This document shows positions 1 to 11,585 of a DNA stretch of 64,000 nt, piece after piece; the stretch's first letter is position 1, and every line of letters begins with the position of its first letter. This DNA is from Octopus vulgaris (Eukaryota). The stretch covers positions 22,692,001-22,756,000 of the forward strand of contig OX597835.1 of assembly GCA_951406725.2 (NCBI GenBank), read 5' to 3'. The notes beneath the pieces are model-generated. The model was not told the origin of the DNA. It did not search any database and saw nothing but the letters and a program-made list of their open reading frames with translations. The translations under genes were made by a program, and so were the position numbers.

Positions 1-67
1 TTCACTTAAACCTTCTGACATACAGACTCTGACACCACACTCTACCATTCCATCTGATTGATCCCTA

Positions 68-505
68 AATAATAATAATAATAATTGTGTACAGTGCTCA
101 GGTGCACTACAACTCATCTAAAGTGTATATATAATCAGGTGTAGTTTCGGCGGATTTCGGAAAGCATGAGGGCCTTAAAGGATGCAGTGTCATGGCAGTC
201 AACAACTGACGCAGGCAGTTTATTCCATGCTTCAGCAACTCTGAGCGTGAAAAAATGTTTCCGAAAGTCATGGGAGCTGTGTTGTTTTCTGACTTTGTAG
301 GTATGTCCACGTGTGTTAGATCAAAAAGGTGTTCAGTGTTGTTGTTGGTGAGGTGGTTGATAACTTTGTGGGTGTTTACCAAGTCCGTCGCCAGACGCCG
401 GAGCTTCAGTGAATCCATGCCCAGGGAAACAAGGTGCTCAGAATTATTTCAAGGTTCAGTCCTTGTACAGAGACAGCCAGGGTTTCTTCTATGGCGCCTA
501 GTCGT
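68..505 (-). mobile_element. CR1/L2-group LINE 3' fragment with (ATT)n tail
   Basis: Minus-strand translation SLKLRRLATDLVNTHKVI...FFTLRVAEAWNKLPASVV..FK is the typical CR1-type ORF2 C-terminus. It ends in an (AAT)n tail at 68-85. Sibling copies at 4228, 23372 and 36870. Confidence 0.75.
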
Positions 506-595
506 TAGCTGACCACTCGTGTGCTGTATTGGTCAGTTGAATCAGTGGTGGCCTGATGCTTCACACAACCATCACCACGATAACCACTACTAGTA

Positions 596-830
596 ATCAT
601 CATCATTATCATACGTCTGTTTTTCCATGCTGGCATGGGTTGGATGGTTTGACAGGAGCTGGCAAGGCCGGAGAGCTGCGCCAGGCTCCAATTGTCTGTT
701 TTGGCATGGTTTTTGCAGCTGGATGCCTTTCTCCGACACCAACCACTTTGCAGAGTGTGCCGGGTGCTTTTGTATGTGGCACTGGCACAGGTGGTCATAT
801 GTGGCACTTGCACAAGTTGCTTATCATGAG
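596..830 (-). mobile_element. 5'-truncated RTE LINE 3' end (GAT-tailed)
   Basis: Matches the 3' terminus of the RTE at 32930-33104 (ggaaggcatccagc...aacccatgccagcatgg...gatgat). Confidence 0.7.
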
Positions 831-985
831 GCACTGGCATGAGTGCATTTTACTAACATTACTGCTATCACAACCACCACCACCACCACTACTTCTACTA
901 CAATCATTACTATCACCACCACCACGACTATTATTAATACTAATATTACTATTGCTACTACCACCACAACCATTCATCAGCAACA

Positions 986-1219
986 CCTATTTCTTTACTA
1001 CCCACAAGGGGCTAAATACAGAAGGGACAAACAAGGACAGGCAAACGGATTAAGTTGATTATATCGACCCCAGTGCGTAACTGGTACTTTATTTATCGAC
1101 CATGAAAGGATGAAAGGCAAAGTCGTCCTCGGCGGAATTTGAACTCAGAACGTAGCAGCAGACGAAATACCGCTCAGCATTTCACCCGGCATGCTAACGT
1201 TTCTGCCAGCTCGCCGCCT
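986..1219 (-). mobile_element. tRNA-derived SINE (family B, GCCTTTCATCCTTTCGGGGTCGATAAA central domain)
   Basis: ggcggcgagctggcagaa head, gagttcaaattcc B-box and the conserved central domain; many copies in the window. Confidence 0.8.
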
Positions 1220-1399
1220 ATCACCACCACTACTATTATTAATACTAATATTACTATTGCTACTACCACCACAACCGTTCATCAGCAACACCATCACCAC
1301 TTCCACCATGCACTCCTACACATCACCACCACCACCATCATCATTATGTAACATTGATATATATATATAAATATGTCTGTCTGTGTGTCTCTTTTCCAG

Positions 1400-1527
1400 T
1401 TTACTTGGTACCGAAGGAGAATGTCTGTCAGGTCCCAGTCATGAAATGAACTCACAACCTGGTACTTACTCCCTGTTTAGTTCCTCACCTTGGTCAGTCC
1501 ATATCACTGCTGCCGGAGATTCTAAGA
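1400..1527 (+). CDS. SMG7: SMG7 (nonsense-mediated decay factor) internal exon
   Basis: Acceptor ttttccag|, donor A|gtaagt. Encodes LLGTEGECLSGPSHEMNSQPGTYSLFSSSPWSVHITAAGDSK; TYSLFSSSPWS resembles the YSLFEGTPWS motif I recall from vertebrate SMG7. Its phase-1 end joins the next exon in frame. Confidence 0.8.
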
Positions 1528-1654
1528 GTAAGTACAAAACACACACACACACACACACATGGTATTGCCTGATGGACAGGGGTAAGATGTCTGATAGGCA
1601 AGGCAGGTGGGCCATTATTGGAGAGGGAAAGTTATTACTTTCCAAATATGTGAA

Positions 1655-2820
1655 AATGCATGGCCTTAGTGGTTAGGGCGTTGCACTTACAATCATGATA
1701 TCGTGGGTTCATTTCCCAGACTGGGCAGTGCGATGGGTTTTTAAGCAAAACACTTCATTTCACACTGCTCCTGTTCACTCTGCGGGCAAAAATGGGTAAT
1801 TCTGCGACAGATTGTACTCCTGGTCAGAGGGAGTGTTGGCCTGCTTGCCTGGCCAAGAGGGTGGCATCATTTGAAAGCTTAAAAAAAAAACATGTAAAGC
1901 GCATTGTGACCAGCAATGTACAACATCTAATAAACAATGTAAAGCACATTGTGACCAGCAATGTATAACATTTCATAAACAATGTAAAGCGCATTGTGAC
2001 CAGCAATGTATAACATTTCATAAACAATGTAAAGCGCATTGTGACCAGCAATGTATAACATTTCATAAACAATGTAAAGCACATTGTGACCAGCAATGTA
2101 TAACATTTCATAAACAATGTAAAGCGCATTGTGACCAGCAATGTATAACATCTCATAAACAATGTAAAGCGCATTGTGACCAGCAATGTATAACATTTCA
2201 TAAACAATGTAAAGCGCATTGTGACCAGCAATGTATAACATTTCATAAACAATGTAAAGCGCATTGTGACCAGCAATGTATAACATCTCATAAACAATGT
2301 AAAGCGCATTGTGACCAGCAATGTATAACATTTCATAAACAATGTAAAGCGCATTGTGACCAGCAATGTATAACATTTCATAAACAATGTAAAGCGCATT
2401 GTGACCAGCAATGTATAACATTTCATAAACAATGTAAAGCGCATTGTGACCAGCAATGTATAACATTTCATAAACAATGTAAAGCGCATTGTGACCAGCA
2501 ATGTATAACATTTCATAAACAATGTAAAGCGCATTGTGACCAGCAATGTATAACATTTCATAAACAATGTAAAGCGCATTGTGACCAGCAATGTATAACA
2601 TTTCATAAACAATGTAAAGCGCATTGTGACCAGCAATGTATAACATTTCATAAACAATGTAAAGCGCATTGTGACCAGCAATGTATAACATTTCATAAAC
2701 AATGTAAAGCGCATTGTGACCAGCAATGTATAACATTTCATAAACAATGTAAAGCGCATTGTGACCAGTGATGTATAACAGTGATGTATAACATCTGATA
2801 GTCTGGTTGATCACGTGATC
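1655..2820 (+). mobile_element. tRNA(Arg)-like SINE (family C) with expanded 3' minisatellite
   Basis: tggccttagtggttagggc head; 3' part ggtggcatcatttgaa...gcgcattgtgaccag...acatctgatag..tggt..tcacgtgat is homologous to the copy at 13745-14047. Confidence 0.75.
1888..2780. repeat. 45-bp minisatellite, about 20 near-identical copies
   Basis: Unit TAAACAATGTAAAGCGCATTGTGACCAGCAATGTATAACATTTCA starts at 1931, 1976, ... 2741 with an exact 45-bp period and only a few substitutions. Confidence 0.97.
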
Positions 2821-2949
2821 CACTTTCCAAATATAGCTGTCTTAATCTTAGATCCTTCTGCAGAGTTGGCCTGTACATTGCTTTTTTTTTAAAAACCTGG
2901 TACTTATTCTATCAATCTCTTTTGCTGAGCTACTAAGTTACAAGGACAA

Positions 2950-2994
<45 letters not shown>

Positions 2995-3204
2995 AACAGA
3001 AACTGTTTACTTTAAATTTGATTCCTGACAAACTCATGTTTATCTTTGTCATTACCTGCAATCTATGAGCTTAATGTGCTTGCATATGTATGTCCAGGAT
3101 TAACATAGGTAATTATACCAGTAATATAATGGATACTTCTAGCCCTTAAATGGTTATTCCAACCTCTAACTCTATTAACATATATATATATATATATATA
3201 ATGT

Positions 3205-3612
3205 CCCAAACTTTGGCATTAAGAGTTACACAAATACTAGAACTGGGTGCTGCTTCATAGTGCCAAGGACTCCAAATTTGCCATCAAGATGTAGGACAAG
3301 ATACTGTGATAGCCTGGGCTTCCGAGGTCCCACAGCTCTTCAATATCCTCCCAAAGGACCTGAGAGACCTGCATAGGGTGGATGCAGATGTCTTTAAAAT
3401 AAAGCTGGACCTCTTCCTGTCAGGTGTCCCAGATAAACCAACTTCACGGCAGGAGGTGCAGATGAGGGCAGCTGCATCAAACTCTCTCATACACCAAATG
3501 TCAATTGCTAAAAAGCATTTGTGAAGTAAAATCATGTAGCAACACTGAATGGCGGTGCCCCAGCATGGCCACAGCTCGTGAGCTGAAACTAGATAAAATG
3601 AAATGAAATGAA
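3205..3612 (+). mobile_element. CR1/L2-group LINE 3' fragment (second family)
   Basis: PQLFNILPKDLRDL...DVFKIKLDLFLSGVPDKP...RAAASNSL is an ORF2 C-terminus, followed by a 3'UTR ggcggtgccccagcatggccacag and a (TGAAA)n tail. Confidence 0.7.
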
Positions 3613-3816
3613 ATATATATGCACATACACACATGATGGGCTTCTTTCAGTTTCCAACTACCCAATCCACTCTCAAAGCTTTGCTTGGCCTGTGGCCATA
3701 GTAGAAGACACAATAGGATCGAACCCAAAACCATGTAGCTGGGAAGCAAACTTATTACCACACAGCCACTCCTGCACCTCTCCCTTCATTTATCTATTTT
3801 ATATTTCTATTTGAAG

Positions 3817-4103
3817 GTCTGGGATCATCTCCGTTCTCATCGCAAGCAAGTAGCATCCGCAACTCACCGGATCCTTTATCCGAGACCTACTGCACCGAAT
3901 CCAGCATGGTGACCCCGACTTTTGCCAGTGGCTTCGGTTTCTCCTTTTCATCCGCCAACGACCACTGGGGTTCTTCACCACCTGCCCCTGCACCTCTTCA
4001 GTCTACTCCACCTAATGCTGCTGCTGCTGCTGCCCCTCCTCCAGTGCCCGCAGGACCTCCTGGAGGAGCTACGTCGTCATACTTATTCCAGGGAAACCTC
4101 CAA
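3817..4103 (+). CDS. SMG7: SMG7 penultimate coding exon (Pro/Ser/Ala-rich)
   Basis: Acceptor tttctatttgaag|GT, donor CAA|gtaaga. Encodes (S)LGSSPFSSQASSIRNSPDP...PPPVPAGPPGGATSSYLFQGNLQ, in frame with both neighbours. GC-rich island in AT-rich DNA. Confidence 0.85.
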
Positions 4104-4227
4104 GTAAGATGATTCTCTTTGTTTTGGTTTGGTTTGAAAATGAAACAAAAAAACAAAATTGTCTCAACAACATAAGTAAACAACCTTTTACGTTGGTTTT
4201 AGAAGCGTTGAATGTGTATCGTATAAA

Positions 4228-4535
4228 ATAATAATAATAATAATAATGAAATTATTGTATACAGTGCTCAGGTGCACCACAACTTGTCAGAAAGTGCATA
4301 TAAAGTACATGCAGTAATGTAGAAATGTCTGGAAAGTGAACATGCTTGTGTGTGTATGGAGGGGAGAAAATCAAGTGTAGTGTTGGCGAATCTCAGGAAG
4401 CATGGAAGTTTTGAAGGATGCAGTGCTCCGACAACTAACAACCGATGCCGGCAGTTTGTTCCACGCTTCAGCAACTCTCAGTGTGAAAAAATATTTCCTG
4501 AAGTCATGGGAGCTGTGCTGTTTTCTTACTTTTGT
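4228..4535 (-). mobile_element. CR1-type LINE 3' fragment
   Basis: KVRKQHSSHDFRKYFFTLRVAEAWNKLPASVV..FK plus (ATT)n tail; same family as 68-505. Confidence 0.75.
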
Positions 4536-4547
4536 ACAACCAATAAA

Positions 4548-4739
4548 GTAATATTTTAAACACAGCATGGCCGTAAAAACAGCAGAAGGACTGGGTGTTA
4601 TTACCCTTATAAGATGGTAAAAAAGTTGTCAACTGACAATCACATGGCTTTTTGTTGACATCTTTTTTTCTGCCTTATAAAGGTAATAATATCTAATCTT
4701 TCTGCTGTTTACATGGCTATATTGCATTCAAAATATTAC
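4548..4739. repeat. Imperfect foldback (about 85-bp arms)
   Basis: gtaatatttt...cagcagaagg...ttattacccttataag...gtcaac is inversely repeated as gttgac...cttataaaggtaataa...ttctgctg...aaaatattac. Confidence 0.75.
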
Positions 4740-4909
4740 CTTTTTGTTTGTACCAAACATTGTTGATTTTGGAGATGTACTTGCATAGCAAGTGATTTGA
4801 TCTGAGATCGTGTGCTGAAACGAAAACAATTGCAGCGTGGAAGGTGTTTGTAAGCCATTTAAGAAACACACGAAAGCTGTTCGATTCACTTCAACATTTA
4901 AGTTTAATC

Positions 4910-4956
4910 TGTCAAAATATTTTCGTCGCTTTAAGACCGCGACCTGTTCACTGACA
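4910..4956 (-). ncRNA. Minimal type-I hammerhead ribozyme motif, G3:C8 core variant
   Basis: UGUCA-GUGAACA-G-GUCGC(GGUCUUAAA)GCGAC-GAAA-AUAU-UU|UGACA: perfect 5-bp stems I and II and a palindromic stem III (AAUAUU). Confidence 0.65.
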
Positions 4957-5055
4957 AAAATCTAATTTTTTATCTTTTTCTTTTTAGCAAGAAGTCAGCA
5001 GTTGAACCCAGATCACCGTGTCTTAAATTTTCTTTTCTGATTGCTTTCCTTGCAG

Positions 5056-5139
5056 TCTCTCTGGTCTGTTGCTGGTCCCTCACCACTGAAGAAGCTTCTG
5101 GAAGTTCAGAAACAACAACGTCAGAACGACCCCCATTGA
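5056..5139 (+). CDS. SMG7: SMG7 terminal coding exon
   Basis: Acceptor ttgctttccttgcag|. Encodes SLWSVAGPSPLKKLLEVQKQQRQNDPH*, which matches the SMG7 C-terminus as I recall it (SIWS...GPSALEQLL.QQKQ.Q...PH). Confidence 0.85.
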   Translation, partial: SLWSVAGPSPLKKLLEVQKQQRQNDPH

Positions 5140-5447
5140 AAGTAAATATTGGCCATTGCAGGACAAAGATGCTGCTGTGTTTTGTACAACAAAATTCTGG
5201 TGCTCCAGCTGGACTGCCACCCTTGTTGAAAAAAGAAAAAGGGAGAAGGCCACTCTGAGTTTCTCACTACCACTGGCCGCTGGTCAGGTTCATTCCTCTA
5301 GTAGGACAATGTCCTATTTTGGAAGTTACCGCTACACATTGGGATGGAGAAGGCCGACCCATGTCCACCTGCTTCCAGCCTAGCATTGACCAATAGTATT
5401 TTTGGGGATCATTTTTAAGAAAATAAATGGAAAAAAAAATGTATATC

Positions 5448-5496
<49 letters not shown>

Positions 5497-7567
5497 GTAC
5501 GTATCTTTAAATATACATATATATATGTGCGTGTGTGTGTGTGTATATATAATGTTTATATCTATAAATATATATATATATATGTATATGTATGCATATA
5601 TCTATAAATATGCATATATATAGGTATGTATGTATCCATAAATATAAATATATGTACTTGTGTGTGTGTGTGTATATATATGTGTAGCATGTATCTATCT
5701 ATCTCTCTCTGTCAAACTACGTATATACATATACACACGCATACACACGTGTATGTTTATATATATATATATATATGGGTATATGCATGCATACGTACAC
5801 ATATACACACACACATATATATGCACATAATGATAAATTTTAATTTCCCCCCAAAAACTAAACATTTTTTTGTCTTTTTTATTTTGTGAAATTTAACGGC
5901 AAAAAATTGAAAGTCAACACACATACCAACACATGCATACACACACAGATATATATATATATATATATATATAAACACACTTATAAACATATCTATTATT
6001 GTGAAAAGTGAGGAATTTTGAGCATACAGAAGAAAACAAAACAAAAAAACATTCTTGAAATATTTTGTGACGATGAGGGAGGATTGAGAGTGGAGGGGGG
6101 AGGGGGCATTTTTTTTCCCATTTTGCTTTTTTTTTCCCCTGCTTTTTTTTTTTTTTTTTTTTTTCTTGAAACAGAAAAGATATTCAAGAAGAAATTCTGG
6201 TACATTCTGTCTACTTTTCAACAGTTTCTTTTTTTTTTTTTTACTTTTTGGAAAATTTTTCATTTTTTTTTCTCTTGGTAGTAGAGCTGTATTTTTCATT
6301 TTGTTTTTTTTTTTCAAAGAAGAGAGGGGAGGGAGTTCTAGCTTTGTTTGTTTTTTTTTTTTGATATGTATTTTTTAAATATATATATTTTTTTCTTTTT
6401 TGGGGGTTTTTGCTTTTCCTTCCTTCCTTCCTTTCTTCCTTCCAAAAATCCCAAGACCAGTAAAGAAATAAAAGCAAAATCAACCAACCAAACAAACAAA
6501 CAAGCAAACCAAAAAAAAAAAAATGGTAAAAAGAAATTATCAAAAAAAAAAAATTAAAATGTATGATAAAAGCTACTCCCCTTCATTCACCCCCACCCCA
6601 CAACAAAAAATATATGAAACAAAACAATAACAAAGAAAAAAAAAAGAAACGGTTCTCCCCCCCCCCCCCCCGGAAAAAAAAATGAATTATATATGAAATG
6701 CACCAAACTATTATTAGCGAACTGTTTTGGTCTCCAGTCTGTTAATAGTCACTAAAAGCAACCAACTACAACTACTACTGTAGTAGCAGCAGCAGCAACA
6801 ACAACCATAACAACAATAACAACAACAACAAGTGGTGGCGGAAGGAGGGAGTGATTTTTATTGACCAAAAGCAATTACAGATAAAGACAAAGAGAGAAAA
6901 AAAAAAGAGAGAGAGAATATGAGAATTTTGTTTTGCGTTTTGGTTGTTTTCTAATATCGCTCCCTCCCTCTTCCCTAGATCTTCCACCACCCCACTGTAA
7001 AAAAAAAAAAAAAGGAAATTTAAAAAAAAAAAAAACGGAAACCAAAGGAGGGTGGGTTGGATAGATCCACCAGTGTAGCCACCACCAAATTTACTATTAT
7101 CGTCATCATCGTCATCGTTGTCACCACCACCTTTTGTCATTACATTGTGTAAATATGGATGTAGCTGCATGCGAGATAGGGTTTCTCTGCATATCTACAT
7201 AGATGTATGTGTGTTAGCGCATATATTCATATATATATATATATACACATACATACATATAAAGACAGACGGACACGTGTGTGTGTGTGTGTATTTGTAA
7301 AAATATGTGTGTGTGTATATGAATACACATATATATATATATATATGGGGACACACACACTAAGTATGTATACACATGTATATGAATTTGTATTTGTTGT
7401 GTGTGTGTGTATATATATATATATGCATATACATATATATATGTGTGTCTATATATAATATATGCCTATATGTATATTTTTATGTATATGTATAAGCATA
7501 TATGCATAGATACATATTTTATGTTTTGTGGTGTATACACATAAATATGACACATATTTGTGTACAT

Positions 7568-7621
<54 letters not shown>

Positions 7622-7684
7622 ACGTACATACATACATATATATGTATGTGTACATACATACATATATACATATATATATATGTG

Positions 7685-7715
<31 letters not shown>

Positions 7716-7772
7716 GTGTACATACATACATATATATATATATATATGTGTACATACATACATACATATATA

Positions 7773-7805
<33 letters not shown>

Positions 7806-8490
7806 ATACACATATTCATAAACATCTGAACAGAAAACATGTATCTGTGTTTACATGCTTTCGTGTGTGTGTGTGTAACATGTGTATATACATGTCCATA
7901 TATGTGCTTGTGTAGATATGTGCACACAGCCACACTTCCAATTATGTGGACATCTTTTGTTTGTGCGCATGTGCTTACACCGGCTGAAACGGCAAACGGA
8001 AGTCTAATTCAAGTAGTAGTCGTAGTAGCAGTAGTAGTTGTAGTAGTAATCGTGGTAGTAGTAACAGCAACAACAACAACAACAACAACAAAGGTGATGA
8101 TGAGGATGATGATAATGATACCGTTGCTGCTGTTTCTGGTGATGGTGTTAAAAATTGCATCTGCTTTTTATAAAGAAAATGTGTACTGCAAAAAATAAAA
8201 TTAAAAAAAAAACAAAAACAAACAACAAACAAACAAAATACCCCCAATTTAATGGGCTGCTGGGAGAAATTATAATTATGTAATACCACACACACACACA
8301 CACGTAACCATAGGCAAACTACACACACACACACACACACAACTCTTTTTCCTTGCCTTCCTGCTCTCTGTATTATTATTTCTTCTTTAACCTTGTTTTG
8401 TGAAGAAATATTTTATAGGTTTATGGTCAGGGGTTAGTGGGGGGAAATAGCATTTAGAAAAGAAAAAAAATAAAATAAAATAAAATTTCA
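5140..8490 (+). other. Putative long SMG7 3'UTR
   Basis: About 3.5 kb with no recognisable SINE/LINE, rich in poly(T)/poly(A) and microsatellites. AATAAA at 5422, ~6467, ~8194 and a cluster at ~8468-8485. The true end is not determinable. Confidence 0.4.
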
Positions 8491-8814
8491 CTAGATGTTG
8501 GTTTTGTCAAAGTTACTGCTCTTTGTCTGTCTGCCATTGTCATAATCACCATCACCGTCATCATCGTCATCATCATTATTCTTATTCTCGTAATTGCCAA
8601 GTTAAAAGCAGGGTAGTGGAGATGATGTGTTGCCGAGGGGTAACAAGTTGTATATCAGTTCCTTCCTATGATCCATTAGCTCAGAAATCTAAATGTAGTA
8701 TGCTGAAATAGTAATAAATACCAGTGGTACCTTTGGGGTTTGATTTCATCATCAACTCTTTGGAAAATTTTGAACAAAAACTGATTGCTATTATTTTAGA
8801 AACTTATTATTAAT

Positions 8815-9292
8815 ATTATAGCATGCTGAGCAAAATGCTTAGCAGTATTTTGCCCATTTTGTTCTGAGTTCAAATTCTGCCAAGGTCACCTTTACTTTTC
8901 ATCCTTTCGGGGTTGATAAATTAAGTACCAGTCAAATACTAGGGTCGATGTAATCAACTATCCTTCTCTCCAAAATTTCAGTAGAAAACATCATTAAAGC
9001 GACGAGCTGGCAGAATCATTAGCATGCTGGTCTCCCCCAAATTTCAGGCCTTGTGCCTATAGTAGAAAGGATTATTATTATTATCATCATTAAATGTCAG
9101 CATGTCAGACAAAATGCCTAGTGGTGTTTCTTCTGGCACTTTACGTTTTGAGTTCAAATTCTGCCGAGGTCAACTCTGCCTTTCTTCCTTTTGGGATCGA
9201 TAAAATAAGTGCCAGTTGAACACCAAGGTCAGTGTAACCAACTTACCATTCCCCTAATATTGCTGGCCATATGCCAAAATTTGAAACCATTA
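8815..9292 (+). mobile_element. Cluster of degenerate family-B SINEs
   Basis: Repeated gagttcaaattctgcc...cctttcggggttgataaa..agtaccag cores separated by (ATT)n. Confidence 0.75.
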
Positions 9293-10206
9293 TTTTTATC
9301 ATAGAATGTTATAATTTTTTATCTCCAATTATAACTTATCAAAGCCACACACACATTGTTTGTGTGTGTGTGTGTGTGTGTTAGTATATAATTGTCTGTT
9401 CCAAATGCATGCTATTTGAGTAAGTGAAACTGAAGTTGTAATGTTCATGCCTCTCCCTAGAGTTTTATTAGTGAGGGGTCTTAGGTGAAGTGTAACCTTA
9501 GCTAAAATTTGAAACCACATCAGCTGTAGTCTGCAGTATGTATCAGCTAGACTAGTACCAACAGTATTCATTTGTATTAACGATAATGACACATACTTAA
9601 GACTACAGATGTTGAGAAGTCCCCAGTACGTCACTGGTACTATTTTTATCTATTCCCAAACAGACAGCAGACGAAAATAATAATAAAAAATAATTTTTTT
9701 TTTTTTTTTTTTGCAGTCATAATTTTTTTTCAGTTGCATGGTACCCTACCTGTCACCATTCTTTAGTTGCAAAATCTTGCTGTCCCTTGATGTCTCTGAT
9801 TGAAATTTGGGTCCAGCTTGTATAAACTAAAGCAAATCCTAATAATAATAAAAATAATGCCAATGATAACCAGTTTTCCTCACTTCTTAGGTTGAATGGA
9901 CGTGAGATGAGTTACATTTTGAATTCAAGCTGATAGTTTAAATGCATTCTTAGCCTGATGCACGTGTGTGTAATATACATGCATGTACCCACGCATATTT
10001 GGGGAAATCGCCCACAGTAGACTAGCATCCTATCCTGTGGAAAATGAAGTTTGCTTCTGATCCACTTAAGCACTAAACGGATCAGAACTAAACACCAACT
10101 CAGTCAACACCTGTGCTTTGGAGAAAAGGGTTGGGTTTGAAACCTTGGTATATGTGTGTATACATTCACACAAGTAAATATATTTATACACCTGTGTCTA
10201 TATATA

Positions 10207-10245
<39 letters not shown>

Positions 10246-11174
10246 TTATGTATTGTTTACATCATAAGAATTTAGAAGCTTGAAACTTTGAGAGACCCGA
10301 AATCATTTTTACCAATGGAACTCGAAACAATTAAGGCTGGTAAGAACAAAGATTGGGAAATTCAAAGGATTGCTTTGATACAACGGTAGAATGCTTATCG
10401 TTTCCACAGAAGATGTTGGTTCCAGCCCCACAAGCAGCCATTGACTTTTTCTGTCCTCGGGGGTTTTTAGCCCTATATTTGCACATTTATTATTTATAGC
10501 TTTATCTACATTGAATTCCACTGTGAAAACTGCATATATGATGCACATGCCTGTGTGTGCATAATATGCATATGTTTCTGCCTTTTTGTAGTGATACAAA
10601 TGCATATTATACTTTATACATGCAGCAGCTACCATTCTTGTTTGTTGCATTACTGTAATTCTACCTTGTGCCAGTTACCCACTTACCAATTACAGAGCCC
10701 CTCTTCCGTCCGTCTCTAGAATCTCGCCTCCCGACTACTACTTACCCAACCCAAACACGACGCTTCTAATTATCATTACAAATAAATCTATCCTATCCTA
10801 TCCCATCCATTTTTTTTTTCTTTTGTGGTGTGGTTTCTTTCTAAGTCACATAGTTGTATTTCTTCCTTTCCTTGTTCTCCCCAGCATCCCTACATGCTCT
10901 CTCTAACTTCTGCAACAACAGTATTAATAATAATAATATTAATAATAACAACAACAACCACTAGTGGGACCCGTGAGAATTCCATGGTGTAAGACAGCAT
11001 ATTTCAAAATATATTAAACACAAGCAAGGAATTTCAAAAAATTCTTTGGAAATTCTGCCAGTTAATCAAATCTGTACTTTCACTAATGGAAATAAACTTA
11101 GGTGGTGTTGCTTCTTTTAGTATGTTTGACAGATATTGATGTGCTTTTATAGATTAAGGAACAAAAGACTTATT

Positions 11175-11204
<30 letters not shown>

Positions 11205-11210
<6 letters not shown>

Positions 11211-11585
11211 TAAATTAGAGACAAATCAAACAATGAAAGACTTAAGCCAATACATAAATTAATTTATATTATTTAGATATAAAAAATATAATTAATATCC
11301 ACTACGATCGTTTCCTGTCTGTCATCAAAAATTTGATGACAGAAGACAGGAAACGATCGTAGTGGATATTAATTATATTTTTTAATAATTGTTACATATC
11401 TAAATAATATAAATTAATTTATGTATTGGCTTAAGTCTTTCATTGTTTGATTTGCCTAATAGTGGTTTTGTCTCTAATTTAATATAATATAATATAATAT
11501 AATATTTTACTATAAAATTGGATTCAATCCTAAATCTGATTTTTCCCTGTAAGTTTGGATTTATTCCCTAATATTTATTATTAAT
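11205..11585. mobile_element. AT-rich foldback element (family shared with 49362-49728)
   Basis: Near-perfect palindrome centred at ~11330 with arms aaattagaga...caaacaatgaaagacttaagccaatac...ccactacgatcgtttcctgtc. Same arm and 3' extension as the 49362 copy. Confidence 0.7.

Noticed and set aside
1888-2780. CRISPR-like array, or the 311/298-aa repeat ORFs
   Set aside because: Units are contiguous with no unique spacers and no cas genes. The ORFs exist only because 45 is divisible by 3, and the unit derives from a SINE tail.
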